A stretch of 64,000 nucleotides of DNA from Paragordius varius (lineage: Eukaryota > Animalia > Nematomorpha). The position numbers and the translations under genes were made by a program. Every line of letters begins with the position of its first letter. The first letter of the stretch is position 1. Under the pieces are notes generated by a model. It worked only from the letters and a program-made list of their open reading frames with translations. It did not search any database and was not told the DNA's origin. The DNA lies in assembly GCA_964247055.1 (NCBI GenBank), contig OZ176056.1, forward strand, positions 5,332,001 through 5,396,000. The letters run 5' to 3'. Shown here one piece after another: positions 55,036 through 64,000 of the stretch.

Positions 55036-55806
55036 CTGAAATATATAAATTATAAAATTTAGTAATACTAGACATATTTATACATTGTTTGTTGTGTTTA
55101 TAAATTTCGCTGCAAAAGTTTATTTTGTTATTTAGTATACATAAAATATAAGTTTTAAAAAGATTGTTTATTACAATATTCGATTCTATATACAATCATA
55201 AGAGCAATTATTCACTCTCTCAGTTATTAATGGGTGAGTGTGTAACATATAGGTTTGTTGGTATGCTTATTTTGAGTTAAATATTTTGCAATTGGGGTTA
55301 GAGAAAAAGTTACTGTTTTCAACGAAGTATCATGTTAGTATATTATACAAACATGATAAAACCTAATACGATCATGTAAATGAAAACCCCCTCTAATTCA
55401 AATAACTGAAATGACCATTAATAGTTCTCTCTACTGCATATTAAAATCCTCATAAAAACTATTTTACTTTTAACCAATTTTAGAGTAATTTAATCTGATA
55501 TCGTTAATAGTAAAGCCCAAAAATACTTTTAAGTTTAGAAATAAGAGAAGTATTAAGACCATTTTACATAAAATAATAATATATATAAAATTTAGAATCT
55601 ATATCTATGCATTTTAAAGCAACCTATCTTGATTTATTAAAATATAAAATAAATATATCAGTAATAAAATCAATTATAGTGTTGAAAATTGTGCTTGCAC
55701 AGCCTCTTTATTTGCAAATGCTGTTGTAAAAAAATATATGAGGCTACACCATTATTATATTTGTTAATATTATTAAGTATTTTTCTTTTAATTTAATTTG
55801 AATCAC

Positions 55807-56034
55807 CTGTGATAACTTTACCGATATAGGTAAATCTATCATATTGTGAAGAGACAATTATAGTTGTATTTTTGGCACACATATCGGTCCTTATAGTAGC
55901 ACTAGTCGCATTCAGATTGGTATACAAATTTTTTCCTTCGCATCTTACATTATACAATGATATCCCATCAATCGAATCCCAATCCAATTTGATAGAGGAG
56001 TCATTATTTATGGTCCAGTTTATTGGGAAAGTTA
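55807..56034 (-). CDS. Divergent FN3-like exon, 228 nt, phase 1-1
   Basis: tatttcag| (V)TFPINWTINNDSSIKLDWDSIDGISLYNVRCEGKNLYTNLNATSATIRTDMCAKNTTIIVSSQYDRFTYIGKVIT |gtgatt. Confidence 0.75.
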
Positions 56035-56181
56035 CTGAAATATATAACAAAATCAATATTGTATATTATTATTCTTTGATGCAAAGTCACCCCAGAATTT
56101 TAAATCGTAATATGAAATCTGTGATTTTACTATTAAAAATTGAATACAAAAATTAAATATTTAACTTATATTTGATTTTTA

Positions 56182-56240
<59 letters not shown>

Positions 56241-57975
56241 TAATTTAATTTAGCTTCCTAATATTTTCTAGAAAAGGTATAAAAATATTAATATAGTTTA
56301 ATAAATACAATTATAAAATTAATATGCTTTGTAAGTTAATAAAAAATATAATAGATGTAGATAACACAATAGCTAAAATTGGGCATGTTGATTAATATTA
56401 TTTTTTGAGAAATTTGAAAATAATAACATTACTTTCACTAAGTTCTAAATTAGATAAATAATATTTACATAAAAATTTTGAAATAAATGCAAAAAACTCT
56501 AAAATATACATATAAATATATATGTATATTTCCTGAACAAAATGAAATAGTGAGATAAAATTAATGTTATAAATTTATAAATCAAACTATTTCCAAATTT
56601 AATCATAGATAAATTACAATAATAAAATTGGTGTTAATGCAAAAATGGTGCTTGAAATTTAATTTTTTAGAAGATAAATATACATATTAAATAAACATTA
56701 CTAGTTATTATTTACAAATACCGTTAAAAACAAAACATATATTCTCTTGAAATGAACATACCATTAGCATCATCATCATTTTCTAAAAAGACAAAAAATA
56801 TTTATCAACAATCAATATAAGTAACTCATTCAAAAAATCAACAATTGATGTCAATACTTAGGAAAATTATCCTGAACAAAATAAAATAGCGCTCTTTTAA
56901 ATGAACTCCAAATTAATTACAATAATAAAATTGGTGTTAATGCAAAAATATGTTTGAAATTTAATAAGATATTAGTTATTAAATGACAGATAGCATATAC
57001 AAATCTATACAAATGACGTTTAAATATGAGCAATATTTAATACTTGAGAAATATTAATTTCCAAAAAATTGGTTTTGTTCAAAAAATGCAATTTTACTAA
57101 TTTTCGTATCGTTGGATATATATATAAATTATCTTTCAGAAAAAAAATTTGTGGATGAAAATAAACATATAAAAGTGATTTTAAGCATTCATATAATTTT
57201 TAGTTTCCAGTTTAAGTTTCATCAAGGTAGCGCTTACTTTATTCAAATTATTTTAATAGCCCAGACTATAATTGATATTTCAAAAGAACTACTGAATGAA
57301 ATTGCCCTAATTTAAATTTATGCTTCAATATGAATTATAAAAATAGGCCGAATTTTTTAAAATTTTGTTTTGAAAAAATCTATATTAAACTATTTTGACA
57401 CCATTTTTATTTTACCAAATTGCAAAATATCGTATTTATTTAATTTTTAATCTAATTTAAGTAATTTTTTGATTTATAACACAAACATTGTCAGAAAAAA
57501 TAGCTAATTACATTATTGTTATATTTAGCTAATAAACACATGTCATGTTTTATTTAGACCTACATGAGTGGACTTATCAAGTATATAATTTATGATAAAT
57601 AAATTCTTAAAGTAATGGAATATCAACGACCAATCCGTACAAATCCCTGTAACATGTTTCTACACAAATTAATATTTTTACTGGGATGTGTACGAATATT
57701 TGGTTGATTTTCCACTATCCTATATTGCATAAATTTTATACTTTGATCTCCCACTTATGTAAGATCTCAAAATAAAACAGAAATTTTTTATACGCTCGCT
57801 GAATATCCTTAATTTTTACTTTTTGCCCTATTTCTATTATTTCATTTAGGTCGCAAACAAATAATAGTTTTTACGGCAAATGAATAAGCTGTCATAATCT
57901 ATAACAAAAAAAAATTTTTTTGTTAACAATTACAAAGATATCTAAAATATAAAATGTCTATAATTGTCATTATAC

Positions 57976-58014
57976 CCATTCCATTTCCTGCTGGAGTTGT
58001 TACTTTGGATGGCA
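57976..58014 (-). CDS. B-related micro-exon, 39 nt
   Basis: aaaaacag| (V)PSKVTTPAGNGM |gtataa; compensating 3-nt indels relative to 52933-52971; read-through gives GIMTIIDILYFRYLCNC*. Confidence 0.6.
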
Positions 58015-58402
58015 CTGTTTTTATAAAAATGTATTTGTGAATTTATTATAAAATATATAAACTTCGCATAAATTTTTAAGAATTTGTTATTAATCATAAC
58101 ATACCATATTACAATTTTTAAATTCATAATATACTAGAACTAAAAATGGAGAATGTTGTGTGTATAGTTTTAAGTTTAGAAACAAGAGAAGTATTAAGAC
58201 CATTTTACATAAAATAAAAATATTTATAAAATTTAGAATCTATTATGCATTATAAAGCAACCTATCTTGATATATTAAAATATAAATAAATTATCAGTAA
58301 AATCAATTATAGTGTTGAAAATTGTGTTTATCATTTTTATATTTGTTTTTTATCATTTTATGAGTATTTTTCCTTTTAATTTAATTTAAATAAAAAAATC
58401 AC

Positions 58403-58639
58403 CTGTGATTTCAACTTCACCGCGATACAGAATTTCAGATTGTGAAGAGACAATTATGGTTTTATTGGTGAGTGAATTCATATCGGTATTTATAGTAACA
58501 CTAGTCGCATTCAGATTGGTATACAAATATTTTCCTTCGCTGCTTACATTATACGATGATATCCCATCTTTCGATTCCCAATCCAATTTGATAGATGAGT
58601 CATCAATTCTGGTCCAGTTTATTTGGATAATTTCAAATT
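58403..58639 (-). CDS. Divergent FN3-like exon, 237 nt, phase 1-1
   Basis: tgtctag| (E)FEIIQINWTRIDDSSIKLDWESKDGISSYNVSSEGKYLYTNLNATSVTINTDMNSLTNKTIIVSSQSEILYRGEVEIT |gtgatt. Confidence 0.75.
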
Positions 58640-59862
58640 CTAGACAGATTCATACTATGCTTATATATCAAAATTTTCAATTTTTTTGTCATCTGGTTTA
58701 TGAGTGTTATACTGTTTTATTTTGAAATCTTACATGAAAGGAATTATGTAGTATATAATTTTTGCAAAATAGCATTTAAAAGTAGTGCAATATTAACCAT
58801 CAATCCGTGCAAATCCCAACAAAAATATTAATTTGTTTTAAAACAGACATTCCTCAAAAGCTAGGATTATCATGTAAAAGCTATCTGTAGGAATTATATT
58901 CGTAAAAACTTTATAGGGAAAAATATTTATTATATGGCGTTTAAAATTGAAACAAGCCTAAAATATTATCAATATTTGGACAAAATCGGATGTAGCGTAT
59001 AATTATATTATTATTTCTGTATAACTCAAAAAAACACGACCATATTAATTTAATTTATCCAAAATTAAAAATTTTCGTGCGATTTCAGCTTTTGAACAGG
59101 GCTTTTAGGTATAAATTCTCTCTAAATAAATAATTGAATTAAAATTTCTGCTTGAATCGTATAGAAATCGTTTGCATGATAATTATATCAAAGCTTTGGT
59201 ACAAAATATATGATAAATCCCTTTCGGAGCAAAAATTTTTTTATTTTATATGGGCATTAATCTTTTAAACACAATATATTGGATGTTTTATCCATATAGT
59301 ATATATAAAAATTAAAATAAACAATTCAAATATGACGCTAAGTGCGTTTTGGTTTTTATAATAAGACTTATAAACATATCTGAGAGGTTTGGATTTTTAA
59401 TGATGAATAAAATTAAGTTGACGCGTTTTCACTAATATTTTTAATTTTATTTAAAATAACTTTTTCAGTATTTGAATCGTATCTTTATTCCCTAAAGCTT
59501 TTAGCTATCAAATAATATATAGTTGACAAACATATATTTAGAGGCCATTACTACCGCAGAGTGTTAACATTTTCGCCTTTTAATATTAGTCGATATCAAT
59601 TCTCTTTGTTACATATGCCTCTCAAATTAACCAGAAATTTATACTCTCATGCTGTTATAAATTATCGTATCATTAAAGCCTTTGTTTGCCTTATTGAACT
59701 TTTAAAAAGGATTCTGGTTTGGTTAGTTATTTAACACCAAATTTTGTACATTTTTTTAGCAAAATTGTAAATTGAGTAAATGGAATTTTAAGCCGTTCAT
59801 TAATTTAATGCGCATAAACCAATATATCTCTGAATTATTCATATAATATCAGAATCTCCTAC

Positions 59863-60130
59863 CTGTGTTGCAAATAATAAATATCTGGTAAGTAAAAATA
59901 ATTTAATTGTTCTATACGAGATATATTTATAGTCTTTGCTTTTTCCACTAAGTAAAAAGCATGAGTCTAATTTAATTGATTTCTTATCATAACACTATTG
60001 TTTTCCAGATTAACGGCAATCGATATATTGTTGTATGTTAAATTATATTTTAATTTATCTTGGTTCCATTTCAATGTTATGGATTCGTCATCATTAATAG
60101 CATAATTACATGTTGTGTCAATTAACCATT
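59863..60130 (-). pseudogene. Older, disrupted FN3-like exon
   Basis: CNYAINDDESITLKWNQDKLKYNLTYNNISIAVNLENNSVMIRNQLN* aligns with INNDSSIKLDW..YNV..NLNATSVTI. It has an in-frame TAG, a later frame change before ACAG|gtagga, and no clear acceptor. Confidence 0.5.
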
Positions 60131-61607
60131 GTTAATAAAAAAATGATATTGTTAGAATTTTTTAAAAAATAACAAATAATATTGGTAGAAGAGCTTCATG
60201 TAATATCAAAAATTTAATTTCAATAATTTAATCTTCTATAAAGGGCACTTTTTTACAAGCAGCTGTTTTTGGGTGCATTTTAATATTATGGAAATTATTT
60301 AATAATATTCCATAATTTAAATTGGCTTGAATATCTTTGCATTGATAATTTGGGGTTAAAAGAAAACAGATTTTTAAGATTTAATACATAATTATTTACT
60401 AGGGAAAAATTCGAGTCCCCATCATTAATAAATGATTTAAAATTTTCTTAGAATAATGTAATTTTGTTAGAAAGTATCAAATTAATTTTATTTCCTAAGT
60501 TGTTTCATACAATTAAATAGCTCTCTATTATAACAATGGTTTTTAAATCTGTTATTAAATAAATACTTATAGTTTATTTGTATTCTGTGTACATAAAAAA
60601 AGAAAGTACTGTCTTTTTCTTATTGATTTGTAGTTCAAACTGATTCAAAAAATTAGCTATCATTTATAGAGTTGTTTAAATGTTATTTTTCTCAAATTAT
60701 AAAACTACCATTAATTCGGTTAAATTAGATTATATAATAAAATAGACGCCAGACTTTCATAAAATTGTAAAATTAAATTATGGCCACATTTATAGATATT
60801 AAATAATGAAAGTCAAATTAGAATTATATATAATTAATTATATAATTAAATAAATTACCCTCGAAAGCTAATAAAAACCTGGATTTGTTAATTTTAAACT
60901 TAAGCTGATTATTCTAACATTTAATTTATATTTTATAATTACTTAGCGTGTCATAAATTAGGGACCGTTAAAAGTTTGAGGAGTTTATTTAGAATTACCT
61001 AGACTCGCGTTTAAATAAAATTACAAAAACGGTATTAAGCATAATTTCCAATATTTAGCTAAACAAATATCTAATGGCTCCAAACTAACAATTTGGTAGC
61101 CATAAAGAAGTTATTAATTACACACATCAAAAGCTTATTTAAGAATGATAGTTTATCTCAGACCGCAGATATACTATGGATTGGACATAAACTATGTCTG
61201 GATGTCGTATGATGGATAAATTGGCTGGTAGTATTTTTTTAAAGTTTATATACTTTTTTAACAAAACACCGAATTCTGCATGTTAAAATTTAATAAGAAA
61301 ATAATTAAAAACATAAAAAATTTTAAAAAACTAATTTGTATAAAATCCTTTTACGATAAAATTATGCGCCATCAAAATCAAATAATATGTTTATATGGCG
61401 AACTATTTAAAAAAACTCTAATATTAGTTAACTATGTGTTTTTTAATTCAATATATACTAACAATGTGTGCCTCAACATATATCAAATCATAAATAATAA
61501 AAATTCTATAATCTCTGCACTTTAATTATTAATGATTTTAGTTCGAATATTTTTTTCAAAGAATATTTACAAGATCTTGGCAAATAAATCAATTAAAAAA
61601 TAAATAC

Positions 61608-61670
61608 CAGCCATAGTATTTGATTTTTCATTTTCTTTAGCTTCCATCCCAGATCCATTATTTGCCACTT
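61608..61670 (-). CDS. Micro-exon type B, 63 nt
   Basis: atatccag| (E)VANNGSGMEAKENEKSNTMA |gtattt. Confidence 0.7.
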
Positions 61671-62554
61671 CTGGATATTTTAAAATACATACTATATAAT
61701 TGATATATCTAAGTTATATATTGCTAAATTGATCATAAATTAGTTTTTATAATTTAGAGACAACCCACTATATCTCTCAATCGGAAAAATATAATCTCAA
61801 AATTATGATTTTTAGCAATCGGCTATTTTTAAATAATTTGATATAATTTTTTACAAAAAATAAGTAAAGTGGTGAACATCAGATGGTTAAATAATTCACA
61901 TTTTTAAATTTAATAATTTGGCTACTTTTGTTAAAAAAGCTTTCATATAATATATAAAATAAAGTGTAATAATCCATCAGATTGAAATAATTAAATTAAA
62001 TTTAATTTTTTAAATATAATCGGACTTTCATCAAAATTTAATTATTTAAAGAATTTAAAAATCATTTTTCAAACTTGGCCTCATTGTATATCATAATTTT
62101 GTGTTTAAAAATTAAAAATTCGCATATAAAAGATTAAATTTGAGCCATGTCAAAAATTAAATTATTTAGGCATGGGAATCATGTATTAAATATTACATTA
62201 AAATTATTTTTATTCAAAAAAAACGATTAATATATCTATAATCCAAACTTCTCAAAACTTAATATAAAACAAATAGCCTACTAAAACTTTTTAAGCTAAT
62301 GATATCTATGAATTTTTACATAAATATTGTGCCATCAAAACTCAAATGTGTATTTTGGCGAAAAATATAGTAGAATGTGTTTTTGAATTCAATATATATA
62401 TTAAATAATTTTAATGGCTTAACATATCTCAAATTATAAATTTTAAAAATTGTATGACCTCTAAAAGACTGTAATTATGTTGATTTTAGTTGCAATCCTT
62501 TTTTAAGATAATTTGTGAGAAACAATCAAGAAAAATAATTAGATAACTATATAC

Positions 62555-62608
62555 CAGTGATATTCTTTGGTTTTACGTTTTCTTCCATTCTAGATCCATT
62601 TGTTACTT
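62555..62608 (-). CDS. Micro-exon type B, 54 nt
   Basis: aaatccag| (E)VTNGSRMEENVKPKNIT |gtatat. Confidence 0.7.
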
Positions 62609-63269
62609 CTGGATTTTATAATACATAATATATAACTAATATATCTAAGTTAAATATTGCGAAATCGGTCATAAATGTAGTTTTTATAATTTTCATACAA
62701 CCCACTAGATATCTCAATCGGAAAATATAGAATAACTCAAAATGATTTTTAGTAGTCGGCTATTTTTAACGAGTAAGTTAAGTGTGTGAACCATCAGATT
62801 TTTCAATATAATTCAATTTTTTAAAAATTTAATAATTTGGATACTTTTGTTGTATAACCTTTTACATATATAATAAATAAAGTGCCATAATTCAGATTGA
62901 AATAATTAAAAATATTATAAAAAACAATATTTTAAATCTAATTAGAATGTCATAAAATTATTTTTCAATTTGCTATGCATCGGAGTTCAAAAATATATTT
63001 GCAAATATATTACATAACAGGTTAGTTACTCATTTTATCTAATAACCAAAATTTACATTTGGGGGTTAAAAATAATCAATTCTTCTAAATTATTTGTTTT
63101 ATAAACGGTTTTTACGTTATTGTTGTCTAAGTTAACTATAAAATTATTTTTTTTCAGAATAATATCAGCATAAATATGATAATATATAAATAAAAAAATA
63201 ATCATATTCAAAATTATATTAAAACATTGATATAAATATAACTTTTAGCTATTATATGAAAAAATATAC

Positions 63270-63320
63270 CAATTGGATTATTATTTTTAGCGGGCACAAT
63301 GTCCATATTTCCTTTGGAAT
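63270..63320 (-). CDS. Micro-exon type A, 51 nt
   Basis: tattttag| (D)SKGNMDIVPAKNNNPI |gtatat. Confidence 0.7.
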
Positions 63321-64000
63321 CTAAAATATTATTTAGAGTGAGGTATTTAATAACATAGTATAGATTGTTATATTAATATAAAAACATCAGTAATAAAATG
63401 CGAGATCTAATATTTATAAGAATACATTGCAAAAAGGGTTCTGCGATCAAAAAATATACTCTTATAGGCTTATAATCATTAAACGCTACTTGTTTTATAA
63501 ATCTAAAAAAGCGTTTTTATTGATTGATAAAATATTTGTCTTTGGGAAAAATGCTATGTTTCGACTGTTCGGGAAAAACGTTTTATTGACTGGGAAAACG
63601 TTTCGATTGAATATAATTGTTAAACATACATCAATAACAGTATGATTACACATCTATTTCAAGACAACAACTCAATTTTATAATTATATTTGAGAGTTGA
63701 CTAATCAAGACTTTGTTTCAGATATTAATACAGGAGATTCGGTGTAAATTATTTTTATAGCAGATGTATTTATCACAATTGACTTCGCGATCCGCATTTT
63801 AGGATCAAAAATCCGAAGGGTCACATTATCGAAATTGAGCACAAACATTTTATTTAATTTTTAACATGACTGTAAAAACTAATATTTATTTACACAATGT
63901 TGTTAATTTTTGCCAAAATTATCGAAATAGGAAAATTTGTTTTGGAAACAAAATTTTTTGATCCCAAATCTATATAAATGGTTAGAGACCGAAGGATGAT

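Larger units (their letters stand above)
61245..64000. repeat. Resumption of the micro-exon-bearing unit array
   Basis: 61245-62085 closely matches ~17320-17900 and ~23400-23720. 62085-62780 matches ~43535-44230. 63380-64000 matches ~16290-16940. Confidence 0.9.

Noticed and set aside
700-63640. Reassigned genetic code (TAA/TAG as Gln or Tyr), suggested by stops aligning with CAA or TAT in some paralogues
   Set aside because: None of the 36 splice-intact exons has an in-frame TAA/TAG, although they use CAA/CAG and TAT/TAC. Stops in the LINE fall at varied residue types, as expected from decay.
1-64000. CRISPR array, rRNA, tRNA, telomeric repeats or prokaryotic operons
   Set aside because: There are no regular repeat-spacer units, no recognisable structural RNA genes and no long ORFs. 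Spliceosomal signals, hAT elements and a LINE indicate eukaryotic nuclear DNA. The taxon cannot be determined from this window.

Overview
Very AT-rich eukaryotic genomic DNA; the short ORFs in the six-frame track are mostly not genes. Most of the window (1-47.8 kb, 50.8-52 kb, 61.2-64 kb) is a degenerate tandem array of a ~2.2-2.5 kb unit, with at least 15 whole or partial copies. The array includes a near-identical duplication of at least 17 kb at ~24.3 kb offset. It is invaded by two hAT-type DNA transposons with 8-bp TSDs, a ~550-bp MITE, a 2.45-kb foldback palindrome and a decayed RTE-like LINE. The main hidden signal is on the minus strand: the unit carries three families of AG/GT-bounded, phase 1-1 micro-exons. 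I count 31 splice-intact copies with ten different lengths (39-66 nt), all divisible by 3 and stop-free. They encode S/T/N/E/K-rich peptides full of N-glycosylation sequons. At 52.9-58.6 kb there are two related 39-nt micro-exons and three 228-237 nt phase 1-1 exons encoding a divergent FN3-like beta-sandwich. All 36 exons can be joined in any order-preserving combination without a frameshift. This suggests an expanding micro-exon surface-protein locus, either one giant alternatively spliced gene or a tandem family. All coordinates and translations were read by hand, and expression is untested.
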